Shown: positions 39,797-49,421 of the stretch, one piece after another
Numbering within the stretch: position 1 is the first letter of the stretch
Layout of the letters: every line of letters begins with the position of its first letter
Source: Geopsychrobacteraceae bacterium
GTDB taxonomy: Bacteria > Desulfobacterota > Desulfuromonadia > Desulfuromonadales > Geopsychrobacteraceae
Length of the DNA: 64,000 bases
Direction: 5' to 3'
NCBI GenBank assembly: GCA_963662315.1
Contig: OY759353.1
Coordinates: 2,688,001 to 2,752,000, forward strand
Notes under the pieces: model-generated
Seen by the model: only the letters and a program-made list of their open reading frames with translations
Databases searched by the model: none
Told to the model about the DNA's origin: nothing
Translations under genes and position numbers: made by a program

Positions 39797-40137
39797 GCAA
39801 GCTTCCCGAATTACTGCAACGTCAGGCTGAACGCCTGCTCGATGAGCTCTGCCTGCAGGCGGCCAACGATCCTCACCTGCCACGCCTGCTGCGCTTTCGC
39901 ATCGACGGACTCAGTGTCTTTCTGTTCGAAGTGCGGCGCCACCGACATGACCCGGACAAACAGACTGAAATCGGCATGGCACGGCTGCGCTATACCCCTG
40001 AATTAAATCAGTGGACCCTTCACTATCAGCATGAAGACCGCTGGAAATTGTATCTTAATGTTCAACCCACTCTGGAGCTCGGCCGTCTGATCAAGACTAT
40101 TCAGCAGGATCCGTTCGGCTATTTCTGGCAGGATTGA
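39793..40137 (+). CDS. DUF3024-like protein
   Basis: ARLRY...WTLHY...W..Y...DPFGYFW pattern; ATGA overlap with the cysteine synthase stop. Confidence 0.7.
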   Translation: MSKLPELLQRQAERLLDELCLQAANDPHLPRLLRFRIDGLSVFLFEVRRHRHDPDKQTEIGMARLRYTPELNQWTLHYQHEDRWKLYLNVQPTLELGRLIKTIQQDPFGYFWQD

Positions 40138-40151
40138 GATTATTGGACTTC

Positions 40152-40589
40152 TCAGCGCTTGCAGATCAGATAGACACCAGCCAGCAGCAATAAAATCCCA
40201 AGTCCACGACGGACATCAAAAGGAATATCCCGCATCCCGAATAAACCGTAATGATCCATCACCACCCCGGCTGCCAGTTGCGAAACAATGGTCAAAGCAA
40301 GAACGGCGGTGGTGCCAATGCGTGGCACACCGATAATGGTCATGGTCACGAAAAAGGCCCCGAATAGACCACCGCTCAGTTGCCACCACTGGGCATCGCC
40401 GGCGCGGCGCAAACTTCCGCCACTGGCCAGAAATGAGGTAATCAGCAGAATCGCGGTTCCCACCGCAAAAGAGATCGTGGCGGCCTCAAGAAACCCGGTT
40501 TTTTCTGCCAACCGGGCATTAATTGATGGCTGCACAGCAACCGCGACGCCACCGGCCACCATCAGAAGGATCAAAAGTAAGTTAGACAT
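40152..40589 (-). CDS. DMT-family transporter (YdcZ/DUF606-like)
   Basis: QPSINARL, WW..GGLFG, DHYGLFG. Confidence 0.85.
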   Translation of the reverse strand: MSNLLLILLMVAGGVAVAVQPSINARLAEKTGFLEAATISFAVGTAILLITSFLASGGSLRRAGDAQWWQLSGGLFGAFFVTMTIIGVPRIGTTAVLALTIVSQLAAGVVMDHYGLFGMRDIPFDVRRGLGILLLLAGVYLICKR

Positions 40590-40621
40590 AGATGTTCGGC
40601 CCTGAAAAGACAATAGTCAGC

Positions 40622-41200
40622 CTAAGGCTGACGCTGTCTGACGAGTTTTGAAATCGCCTTGAACGCATCCCCTTTGGCGACCTTAATCAGTTGAAACAAT
40701 GCGGTTTCTGTTGTCGTAATGACGGCTCCAGCCTGTTCAGCCAAGGCTAGGGCATTTTCGTAATCACTGACAAACCGGGAAGCAACCGCATCCCGAACCA
40801 GGTGAACGACATAGCCACGATCAAGCAGATCAAAAACCGTCTGCAGCACACATACATGCGTTTCCATACCGGTCACAACAACCTGTTTTGCGCCGGTCTT
40901 TTCAAGCTCTGACAAAAAATCAGAATCACCGCAGCAGCTAAAAGCTACCTTGGCTACAGTATTGCCGGTTTCCGCGTCACTTAAAGAAGGGACGGTATGA
41001 CCAAGCCCCTGCGGGTATTGCTCTGTCGCCAAAACAGGACAATTTACAGCTGCAAACCCTTGCTGAAGCAAAGCTGTGTTCTGAAGCAATGGCTCACAGA
41101 GTTTGGGGTTCATAGCCGGAACCAGTTTTTCCTGGATATCGATCATCAGTAAGACAACCTGCTCAGCATTAAGCCAGTATTTTTCTTTTAAAGAAGACAT
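40622..41200 (-). CDS. Isochorismatase-family hydrolase
   Basis: IDIQEKL, TEQYPQGLG, GMETHVCVLQT. Confidence 0.9.
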   Translation of the reverse strand: MSSLKEKYWLNAEQVVLLMIDIQEKLVPAMNPKLCEPLLQNTALLQQGFAAVNCPVLATEQYPQGLGHTVPSLSDAETGNTVAKVAFSCCGDSDFLSELEKTGAKQVVVTGMETHVCVLQTVFDLLDRGYVVHLVRDAVASRFVSDYENALALAEQAGAVITTTETALFQLIKVAKGDAFKAISKLVRQRQP

Positions 41201-41281
41201 TTTATTCCTTTCAAACGAATAAATTATGCGAACGTTCTGCGTCAAGATAACAGTGTGGGAATTTTTTCACAACTGGCCTTG

Positions 41282-41318
41282 CACTAAAAAACGACACTCA
41301 GGGTGTCGTTTTTTAGTG
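41282..41318. terminator. Intrinsic terminator
   Basis: cactaaaaaacgacac-tcagg-gtgtcgttttttagtg perfect inverted repeat. Confidence 0.75.
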
Positions 41319-41343
41319 ATTACTATATCTTTCAAAAGTACTC

Positions 41344-41823
41344 TTAATCGCGATAAATGCCCGCACCAACAAAGATAGATGTTCCGGGAACCCGGTAGAT
41401 ATATGTCTCTTTGATTGCCGGTTCGGAGCTGTCGGGCTTCGGCCACATATACTCAATCCACCCTTCTCCTTCTGTCGCGGCCTTTACGACAAAATCGACA
41501 AACAGCATCTTCGGGTTCTTGGGATTCTTATCGGTAACCGTCAACAGGCTGTCCATTTTCATCAAACCCGGCATCATCGGGTGAGCGAACATTTTCCCCT
41601 TCAAATTCATGGCGAATACGTAGGAGTCCTTCCATACGAACTTGCCGTTTCTTTTAGCGATCTCGGCAAGTCCTGCTTCCTGATCAGCGAGAATCATCTC
41701 AGCAGCCTGCTTGCACATGCTTATGCACTCAGCTACCGTCGCCTTATGTGAATTGGCAAAAACCGGATTCACACCCAGTACAAGACTTAGCCCTAACAAC
41801 CATATAACCCATTTTACGCGCAT
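41344..41823 (-). CDS. Stand-alone periplasmic single-Cache-domain protein
   Basis: Signal peptide, YVFA...AHP, GEGWIEYMWPKP...K.TY, VGAGIY. Confidence 0.82.
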   Translation of the reverse strand: MRVKWVIWLLGLSLVLGVNPVFANSHKATVAECISMCKQAAEMILADQEAGLAEIAKRNGKFVWKDSYVFAMNLKGKMFAHPMMPGLMKMDSLLTVTDKNPKNPKMLFVDFVVKAATEGEGWIEYMWPKPDSSEPAIKETYIYRVPGTSIFVGAGIYRD

Positions 41824-41877
41824 AGATACTTTCTCCTTCCTTGAATTAAAAACCAATGAATATTGAAAAAAATGTAC

Positions 41878-43332
41878 CTACATACCGCCCAACAAAGTTT
41901 TGATAATCTCCGGATTTTCTTCCTCTTCTGCGAGAATCGTATGGCAGGTATCGCAATCCATGGAAATAACCTCGCCATCAGCTGATTCATGTTCTTCATT
42001 ATGACAGCGGAAACACCCCAGCTCATTATCATGCCCCAGATTGCTTTCGTAGGTATTCCACTGAATATTCATCTCCGGAAAGACATTCTCCACATAAGCA
42101 GCCTGCACACCTGCAATGGCAATCTCAACCTGCTGACGCTGGTTCTGATAGATCACTGGGTACTGCTGCTTATAGTATTGGGTCAGATGTGCGGCGATTC
42201 CGGTTCTGGCTTCGTCCTGGGTCACATATTCCTGCTCAACAGCAGCCATGGCCTGCTGCTTGATATAAGGCAGTTCCACAGGAATCTTATGGGTCCGTAT
42301 CTTATTGTTAATTGCCCGGTCTGCAGACAGATATATATGGCTGGGGCGGTTGTGACAATCGATACAATCCATTGTCCGCTCCTGAACTTCACTGGCCGCT
42401 GCCAGTTGTTCTTCCGCATCAGACGACCGGTAAGTAATAATATTGCCGTTCGCGGTTTTCTGAGCTACTTCGGGAATATTATTGCGTGGCCAATCGGTGG
42501 CCTTATAGGTAATTTCGTTTTCAGGGGCGACATGCCAGTGAATTCCGTGGGAGTTTGCGGTCTGATCTCCGGCACTGCCAATTTTCATAAGCAGCACGGT
42601 CTGGACGTGGGTATTGTTTTCATCATCAAGGTACTTATCTTTTATGACCAGCTTGTCACCATGAAATTTCTCCGGACGGTGGCATTGTTCGCAGGTATCG
42701 CGTGCTGGCCGTAAGCCATGGACCGGGGTTTCAATCGGCCGCGAAAAAGTATCCGCCATAACAGCATACAGCTGCCTGGCTCCGGATATCTTCGATTTGA
42801 CAAACCACGAAGCTCCCGAACCTATATGACATTCAACACACCGCACACGACTATGAGCCGAGTTCTGATATGCCGTGTACTCCGGGGTCATCGGTACATG
42901 ACAGACCTCACCACAGAAGGAATTAGACTCCATATAGTGGTAGCCACTATAGGCCAGGACACCAACAACGAACAGGTTGATACAGGTTAGGAAAACACCA
43001 ACGAAAACCAGCTTGCGAATGCGATTGTAACCTGAATCGTCACTCAGCTTTTCACGTAAATAGTCAAGGGTAAATAAGCGAACCTCTTCCTTGCCCCTGG
43101 CAAAAAATAGACCAATAAAGACGAGTACCAGGCCACCGACAAAAGCCGGCCCCAGAATCATGTAGATAAAACCACTGAGATAGGGATTGTCTATGTGGAT
43201 AAAGACATCGTAAAGAACGGCACCAAGTAGAAAAGGAAATACCACAGTAACAACCATGGCCCCCAGCATTGATATCCAGCTATGAGTTATCCCTTTAATA
43301 AATGCCTTCGGAATATCAGTCAGTCTGGCCAT
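41878..43332 (-). CDS. NapC/NirT-family inner-membrane multiheme cytochrome, ImcH-like
   Basis: Three N-terminal TMs; CGEVCH (CX3CH), CVECH, CEQCH, CIDCH, CFRCH, CDTCH; GIHWH; 484 aa. Confidence 0.82.
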   Translation of the reverse strand: MARLTDIPKAFIKGITHSWISMLGAMVVTVVFPFLLGAVLYDVFIHIDNPYLSGFIYMILGPAFVGGLVLVFIGLFFARGKEEVRLFTLDYLREKLSDDSGYNRIRKLVFVGVFLTCINLFVVGVLAYSGYHYMESNSFCGEVCHVPMTPEYTAYQNSAHSRVRCVECHIGSGASWFVKSKISGARQLYAVMADTFSRPIETPVHGLRPARDTCEQCHRPEKFHGDKLVIKDKYLDDENNTHVQTVLLMKIGSAGDQTANSHGIHWHVAPENEITYKATDWPRNNIPEVAQKTANGNIITYRSSDAEEQLAAASEVQERTMDCIDCHNRPSHIYLSADRAINNKIRTHKIPVELPYIKQQAMAAVEQEYVTQDEARTGIAAHLTQYYKQQYPVIYQNQRQQVEIAIAGVQAAYVENVFPEMNIQWNTYESNLGHDNELGCFRCHNEEHESADGEVISMDCDTCHTILAEEEENPEIIKTLLGGM

Positions 43333-43422
43333 GAGATACTCTCTCCTTTTAGCAGTTATTCAAAGTCTACAACCTGCGACGACTTCCTCCACAAATTCTT
43401 ATTAAAACAATGTTATGTTCAA

Positions 43423-43451
43423 AACCTAGCATTAAGATCAACAACTGTCAA
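43423..43451 (-). promoter_or_regulatory. Sigma70-like promoter for the imcH-like gene
   Basis: Reverse complement TTGACA-17 nt-TAGGTT. Confidence 0.55.
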
Positions 43452-43487
43452 TTATGGACTTTATTGCCTCCGTCTATGATTATTCTG

Positions 43488-43709
43488 TCAAATCCGATTT
43501 CGCAGAATGCGCATGACCAGAACCCCAAGAATTGAGAGAACCAGGCCGACGCAGACCAGCAGGTATCCTATGGTATCTGCGCTCCCCCAGCCCCAGAGAT
43601 TTTTACTTTTCAGGATAAAAATGAAGATAATACCGGTGAAGGTCGCAATACCGCCAATGACATATATGCCAATGGCAATCATAGAAAAAACCAAATCTTT
43701 ATCAAGCAT
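43488..43709 (-). CDS. Small two-TM membrane protein (73 aa)
   Basis: RBS GGGAGA before ATG; two hydrophobic helices and a basic C-terminus. Confidence 0.65.
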   Translation of the reverse strand: MLDKDLVFSMIAIGIYVIGGIATFTGIIFIFILKSKNLWGWGSADTIGYLLVCVGLVLSILGVLVMRILRNRI

Positions 43710-43731
43710 AAGCGTCTCCCTGTCGGGAAAT

Positions 43732-43761
43732 AAAAAGGGGTTGCCGAATGGCAACCCCTTT
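43732..43761 (-). terminator. Terminator after cbcL
   Basis: aaaggggttgcc-gaat-ggcaaccccttt with a T-tract on the minus strand. Confidence 0.75.
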
Positions 43762-43784
43762 CGGATTGAAACGAATCCTACCGT

Positions 43785-45635
43785 TTAAAAGTGATGTCCG
43801 CCAACGGTAAATGCGTAGATCATTAGTACCAACAGCGCAACCCCAATAATCACAGCGGTAAAGCCGAAGCCCTTGATGAAGAAATCATACGCAATACCAC
43901 TCGGCTTCTCCTTGATGTAATTGTCAAGAATGCCTTCTTCCTCATAGCGCTTCCACTGATCTCCACGCTCTTCGATAAACTCTTCCTTGGGCAATTCACC
44001 GTTGAAGATGACAAAGTCCATCGGGAACTTCTCGGGACGACCATGGGTATTGAAGAAGTGAACCGTAAAGATGAACCCGGTAGCCAGCAATGCTTCATCC
44101 GAGTGAATAATGGTGGCAACGTTAAACACCCAACCCGGAAGGAAGGCACCAAAGAATTCAGGGAACCAGAGCATCAGACCGGAACCGCCAATGGCGAACA
44201 TACCCCAGAAAACGGCGATAAAGTCGAATTTTTCCCAGTAGGTCCAGCGATCAAAGGTCGGCTTAGGACCGAGGAACAGGAACCAGCGCACCATGTTGGT
44301 AACATCCTGAATATCTCTCAAGTTCGGACACAATGATTCTGGCCCGAATAGCCGGCGGAAGAATTCGGCCGGATACTGTAATTTGTAGAACAGGAACTTG
44401 GCACTCATAAACAGCGCGGAAGCAAAATAAACAAAGGTAATCGCAGCACCTACCCTGTGTAACAGGGCAGCATTAGCTGCGCCACCGTAGAAATTCATCA
44501 TCACTGCAGCCCATTGCTGGTCAGCAAATTTCAACGGCAGGCCGGTCAGGGACAGCAACAGGAAGCTGATAATAACCAGCAAGTGCAGGAAGATATGAAC
44601 ACGGGTGAAACGCCGATAAATCTTATGAGCATCGGGAATCACATGATAATGGCCAGCAATCAAGGCACGTTTTTTCTCGCGGTTTTCAACAAAGCCCCGG
44701 AATAACCAGAGGAGGGTGTGAATCCAGAAAACCAAGAAGGTTCCAACCAAAAGAACCGTCATGCTGACGTAGGTATAATACAGAATCGGATAGTTATCTT
44801 TATCCGTCATCTTGCCATGAGCATAAAATTTGACAAACTGCGCAGACGAATTTTCATGGCACTTGGCGCAGGTCTGTACCAAGTTATCACCATACAGACT
44901 GGAATTCGGATCATCATGCGGCAAAATGGAATGGGAGGTATGGCAATCGGCACACCCGGCGACTTTTTCCGGGAAGCCCAGCGCATAATTTTTGCCATGA
45001 TAACTTTCAAGGTAGGTTTCAACAGCAATATTAGTGATACCGTTCTTTTCCATGAGAGCTTCGTCATCATGACATTTCAGACAGACATCAGTATGAAAGG
45101 CACGAACTTCATGATCTTTGGGATCACCAATCTCCTTGATTTCATGAAGATTGTGACAGTCTATACAGGATGCCGAATCCATATTGCCGCCCTCAAGGGC
45201 CTGGCCATGAACAGATGGAGTGAATTGTTCTGCCGCATCATCATGACACTCAGCACACTTGGCAACCGCAACCAGTTTGTCACCATTCCAGGCTTTCTGA
45301 CTATGGATTTCGGAGTGGCAGGTCGCGCAACTGATTTCGTTAAGCTGGTGAACACTGGCATAATGCTGCTCAGTCTCTTCTTTATGGCAGCGAACACACT
45401 TAACCGGTTCCGGCATGAGTTCGCCTTCCATGTGCAGCTCAATATCAAGCAATTCGATATGACAAGCAACACAACCGTTGGCTCCGTGCACAGAATTACT
45501 GAACTCCTCTGCTGAAATGACATCCCCATGACATTCCAGACAGGTTTCGGGAGACGCAACGACTCCCGCAGCCATGACTTGAGAAGCGCATAGCACCAGT
45601 GCCAGCAGCAGTGAATAAAACAGAAACTTTCGCAT
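43785..45635 (-). CDS. cbcL: CbcL-like nonaheme c / b-type inner-membrane cytochrome
   Basis: Nine CxxCH motifs followed by a HydC/FdnI-like b-cytochrome domain (YWEKFDFIAVFWG, HSDEALLA, HFFNTH). Confidence 0.85.
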   Translation of the reverse strand: MRKFLFYSLLLALVLCASQVMAAGVVASPETCLECHGDVISAEEFSNSVHGANGCVACHIELLDIELHMEGELMPEPVKCVRCHKEETEQHYASVHQLNEISCATCHSEIHSQKAWNGDKLVAVAKCAECHDDAAEQFTPSVHGQALEGGNMDSASCIDCHNLHEIKEIGDPKDHEVRAFHTDVCLKCHDDEALMEKNGITNIAVETYLESYHGKNYALGFPEKVAGCADCHTSHSILPHDDPNSSLYGDNLVQTCAKCHENSSAQFVKFYAHGKMTDKDNYPILYYTYVSMTVLLVGTFLVFWIHTLLWLFRGFVENREKKRALIAGHYHVIPDAHKIYRRFTRVHIFLHLLVIISFLLLSLTGLPLKFADQQWAAVMMNFYGGAANAALLHRVGAAITFVYFASALFMSAKFLFYKLQYPAEFFRRLFGPESLCPNLRDIQDVTNMVRWFLFLGPKPTFDRWTYWEKFDFIAVFWGMFAIGGSGLMLWFPEFFGAFLPGWVFNVATIIHSDEALLATGFIFTVHFFNTHGRPEKFPMDFVIFNGELPKEEFIEERGDQWKRYEEEGILDNYIKEKPSGIAYDFFIKGFGFTAVIIGVALLVLMIYAFTVGGHHF

Positions 45636-45929
45636 GAAAACTCTCCTTGAGAACAGGTTTCCTTAAGCCCCGCACGCCAGATAGTTACATATCAGTCGTT
45701 ACGAATGCAGTATTCACAAAAATCGACCATCGGGAGGTGGCAGGTCCCATTACATCCGACAGCACTACTTTTCGTGAGAATAAATTACATATAAATATTA
45801 GAATACATGCCGCGACAGTACCCTCATCATCAAATTAATGCAACAAAAAATCTCTTTTACAGATATCAGAAAAGCTAATAACTGACTGAAATACGCGGCT
45901 ATTTTCAAATTTAAAGACTATTTATTTCT

Positions 45930-45944
45930 GTATACAATATACAA
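45930..45944. promoter_or_regulatory. HgtR-like operator upstream of cbcL
   Basis: GTATACAATATACAA. Confidence 0.55.
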
Positions 45945-45945
45945 A

Positions 45946-45973
45946 AAAAAACGACTCTTGCGAGTCGTTTTTT
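45946..45973 (-). terminator. Terminator after atpE
   Basis: aaaaaacgactc-ttgc-gagtcgtttttt. Confidence 0.75.
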
Positions 45974-45997
45974 CTAAGACTGTAAACTTCTTAAAAA

Positions 45998-46264
45998 TTA
46001 TTTAGTCAGAAGCGCGACAACCTGCTCAGTGAACGGGTTAGCGAACAGAATGATCATGGCAACAACGAAAACGTAAATTGCCAGAGACTCGATCATAGCC
46101 AGACCGATCATCATTGTAGTCAGAATTTTACCGGACGCACCCGGATTACGTGCAACACCTTCACAAGCACTTTTAATTGCCATCCCCTGACCAAGACCAG
46201 TACCGATAGAACCGATGCCCATACCCAAACCAGCTGCCAGTACACACCAGGTAAAAAATTCCAT
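45998..46264 (-). CDS. atpE: ATP synthase Fo subunit c
   Basis: GxGxGxG, ARNP loop, IESLAIY. Confidence 0.96.
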   Translation of the reverse strand: MEFFTWCVLAAGLGMGIGSIGTGLGQGMAIKSACEGVARNPGASGKILTTMMIGLAMIESLAIYVFVVAMIILFANPFTEQVVALLTK

Positions 46265-46361
46265 TACAACTTCTCCTTTTATGCTCTCTTTAAGTTTGAT
46301 TGTTCCCATGTCAATATGGGACTTGCTTCACACCCCTGTGAGAAGCAGTAAAAATAAGCAA

Positions 46362-47036
46362 TCAGTGCGCCTCTTCGAGCGCACCGGCAATATAAATCAT
46401 CGCCAGCAAGGTAAAAACAAAGGTCTGGATAAAGGCAACCAGAACCCCCATCAGCATCATCGGAATCGGCAAAAACAGTGGAACCAAGGCGAAAAAGATC
46501 ATCAGGACAATCTCATGGCCATACATATTACCGAAAAGACGCAGGGTTAAGGACAGTGGACGGGCCAGGTGACCAATGATCTCAATAATGAACATCAGTG
46601 GTGCGAGCCAGATAATCGGCCCCATAAAGTGCTTAAGATAAGCAACACCATGCTTTTTGAAACCAACGATGTGAGTCATAGCAAAAACAATGATCGCCAA
46701 TGCGGCGTTAGTATTCAAGTTTGCTGTTGGTGGATAAAAGCCGGGAATCAGGGCAATTAAGTTGCTGACCAGAATAAACAGGGCAAAAGTCGCGATCAAC
46801 GGGAAAAAGGCCTTTCCCTCTTCACCCATTGTCTCATCAATCAGACCTTCAACACCAGTTACCACAGTTTCCATGAAGTTCTGCATCCCGGAAGGAACCA
46901 GGGTCAACGAACGCGACGCCAAAAAGGCAACAAAGATAAGCACCACCATGACAAACCAGGCATACATGACGTGTTCGCCAATGTGGATATGCAGTTGCTG
47001 CTCAAGCCATTGAAGAAACAAAAAGGGATGAGTCAT
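46362..47036 (-). CDS. atpB: ATP synthase Fo subunit a
   Basis: [13 protein letters not shown] and IQTFVFTLL motifs. Confidence 0.96.
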   Translation of the reverse strand: MTHPFLFLQWLEQQLHIHIGEHVMYAWFVMVVLIFVAFLASRSLTLVPSGMQNFMETVVTGVEGLIDETMGEEGKAFFPLIATFALFILVSNLIALIPGFYPPTANLNTNAALAIIVFAMTHIVGFKKHGVAYLKHFMGPIIWLAPLMFIIEIIGHLARPLSLTLRLFGNMYGHEIVLMIFFALVPLFLPIPMMLMGVLVAFIQTFVFTLLAMIYIAGALEEAH

Positions 47037-47064
47037 TGCCTTCTCCTGTTCAAATACCAATACA

Positions 47065-47427
47065 TTAATAGAGACGCTTCAACGTTGTTATCAGTACATT
47101 TACCACGACTACCGAAAGACCGACTGACAGGGCCAGCGGGCTGAGTCCCCCACGTACCAGCAACAGATATATGGCACTGGCGACAAACAGTAGACGAAAC
47201 ATATAATTAAACTGAAACCCCTTCCGTGCAGAGTGCTGAGGATCACCAAGCAATCTGACCAGGGACTTGCCAAGCATACGATAATTCATGATGGCCAAAA
47301 CTCCACCGGCCAATACTGCCAGTGAAATCTGCCAATCCCACCACAGCAGACTGAGCAGAAGCAGAACAACAAGAATAAACCAGTTGCGACGAGCCAGTTC
47401 AGCCAGCAACTGATCATCTTTGTTCAT
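47065..47427 (-). CDS. atpI: ATP synthase subunit I
   Basis: Four-TM protein directly upstream of atpB. Confidence 0.82.
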   Translation of the reverse strand: MNKDDQLLAELARRNWFILVVLLLLSLLWWDWQISLAVLAGGVLAIMNYRMLGKSLVRLLGDPQHSARKGFQFNYMFRLLFVASAIYLLLVRGGLSPLALSVGLSVVVVNVLITTLKRLY

Positions 47428-47668
47428 CGTCTGAAGGTCCCTGTTGCTCCTGACGACGTAATTCACGTTTAGTCAGGATAAATACATTACGAAAACCAGA
47501 AACGATACCAAAGCATAACATCACCAGGGTCAGTATCGGCTTGGTATCAAGCCATAAGTCCAGATAATGTCCCATCGCCAAGCCTATCATGATAGAAGCA
47601 ACCAGGGAAATTCCGACACTGGACAAAAACCCCAGACTTTTGAATAGTTGGCGTCTATCTTCGCTCAT
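47414..47668 (-). CDS. AtpZ/AtpI-family (gene 1) protein
   Basis: G.AMGHYLD.WL.T.P...GIVSGF pattern; first gene of the Fo cluster. Confidence 0.82.
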   Translation of the reverse strand: MSEDRRQLFKSLGFLSSVGISLVASIMIGLAMGHYLDLWLDTKPILTLVMLCFGIVSGFRNVFILTKRELRRQEQQGPSDDEQR

Positions 47669-47823
47669 CTTAATATCAACTTGAATACTCGATTCTCGCA
47701 GCGTCTTTAAAGCGTCTTCTGATAACACAGCACTAGGCCAGAAGTCAATGGCTTTCTCCATATACAAAAAAAGTATATTTCAAATAAAAAGCTATGATTT
47801 CAGATAGTTTCATGTCAAAAAAA

Positions 47824-47838
47824 GTATAAAGTATACAA
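47824..47838. promoter_or_regulatory. HgtR-like operator upstream of the atp Fo cluster
   Basis: GTATAAAGTATACAA adjacent to a minus-strand TTGACA (47813-47818). Confidence 0.55.
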
Positions 47839-47865
47839 TTTCAAGACCCTATCCCCTTTGCGCCA

Positions 47866-49152
47866 TCAGGCCAACTGCTTAAACACGATCTCTGCAGCAG
47901 CAATGGTTTTGTCCAGATCGTCCTGACTGTGGGCAATACTCATGAAGCCAGCTTCAAACTGGGATGGCGCGAGATTGATCCCCTGGTCGAGCATGCCGCG
48001 GAAAAAGCAGCTGAACATTTCGGTATCACTTTTTGCTGCATCGGCAAAAGAATTGACCGGTCCATCACAGAAGAAGGTACAGAACATTGCTCCGACTCGC
48101 TGAAAACAGGTAGCGACACTACTGGCCGCAGTGACCTGCTGCAAACCTTTGGCCAGGTAGGCGCTTTTTTCTTCCAGCTGCTGATAAAAACCCTCTTCTT
48201 TAAGCAACGACAGTGTCGCGATACCGGCGCTCATGGCCAACGGATTGCCGGACAGAGTCCCAGCCTGATAAACGCCTCCTTCTGGAGACAGGCATTCCAT
48301 AATCTCGCGTTTACCACCGAAAGCACCAACCGGTAACCCACCGCCGATGATCTTACCCAAGGTAACCAGATCCCCCTGAACACCAAAACGCTCCTGCGCA
48401 CCACCAAATGCCACCCGGAACCCGGTCATAACCTCATCAACAATCAGGACGATTCCTTCAGCGGTACACAGTTCGCGTAACCCTTCCAGAAAACCAGGAA
48501 CGGGTGGAACACATCCCATATTACCGGCGATCGGCTCAAGGATAATACAGGCGATCTCCCCCTTATGGGCTGCGACCAGGCCTTTGACGTCATCCAGATC
48601 GTTATAGTTTGCCGTCAAGGTATATTTAGCAAAATCAGCAGGAACTCCCGGTGATGTCGGCACGCCAAAAGTCGCCGCGCCACTGCCAGCTTTAACCAGC
48701 AACGAATCTGCGTGACCGTGATAACAGCCATCAAATTTAAGAATCTTGTCGCGACCGGTGTAACCGCGTGCCAGGCGAATAGCACTCATGGTCGCTTCAG
48801 TACCGGAAGAAACCATGCGCACTTTTTCAATATTTGGATAAGCCTCTATGACCAGTTCCGCCAGCACTGTTTCGCGTGCAGTCGGAGCACCAAAAGAAGC
48901 ACCGCTCAATGCCGTTTCACGAATAGCCTCAACAACTTTAGGATGACAGTGCCCAAGAATCATCGGCCCCCAGGAACCGACATAATCGATGTACTCATTA
49001 CCATCGGCATCATAGATTTTAGAGCCAGCTGCCTTTTCGATAAAAATCGGATTAATACCGACCGATTTAAACGCCCGTACCGGACTGTTGACGCCACCGG
49101 GAATGACATTTTTAGCAGCGCTGAACAAAGCTTCTGATTGCTGATGATTCAT
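47866..49152 (-). CDS. hemL: Glutamate-1-semialdehyde 2,1-aminomutase
   Basis: [37 protein letters not shown]. Confidence 0.96.
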   Translation of the reverse strand: MNHQQSEALFSAAKNVIPGGVNSPVRAFKSVGINPIFIEKAAGSKIYDADGNEYIDYVGSWGPMILGHCHPKVVEAIRETALSGASFGAPTARETVLAELVIEAYPNIEKVRMVSSGTEATMSAIRLARGYTGRDKILKFDGCYHGHADSLLVKAGSGAATFGVPTSPGVPADFAKYTLTANYNDLDDVKGLVAAHKGEIACIILEPIAGNMGCVPPVPGFLEGLRELCTAEGIVLIVDEVMTGFRVAFGGAQERFGVQGDLVTLGKIIGGGLPVGAFGGKREIMECLSPEGGVYQAGTLSGNPLAMSAGIATLSLLKEEGFYQQLEEKSAYLAKGLQQVTAASSVATCFQRVGAMFCTFFCDGPVNSFADAAKSDTEMFSCFFRGMLDQGINLAPSQFEAGFMSIAHSQDDLDKTIAAAEIVFKQLA

Positions 49153-49421
49153 AGAATATTTCTCCCTGAGAAGATCGCTGAATAGAGCGGAATTATAGGT
49201 CTGAAGGAACTTTATACCACAAATTGAATTCGTTAGCACAGGCGCTCAGGAGTGTCAAGAAATCCGCCAAAGATAAAGCAAATGCAGACGACCAGCTCTT
49301 TTTATGTAAAAGAATAGTGTTTTATTGCGTCAAACATACAAATTCGCATACTATGACCAAATTTAGTTACAAATTGAATTTTTGCGCCTTAGCAAGCTTT
49401 TCTGAAAGGGGTCTGGTGTTT

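Noticed and set aside
45636..45900. Cyclic-dinucleotide (GEMM-I) riboswitch upstream of cbcL or other cytochrome genes
   Set aside because: Expected in this lineage, but the characteristic GNAAA...GNRA...GCAAA two-stem pattern was not found.
45998..47668. Fo genes without F1 genes as a broken operon
   Set aside because: A split atp arrangement is normal in this group of bacteria.
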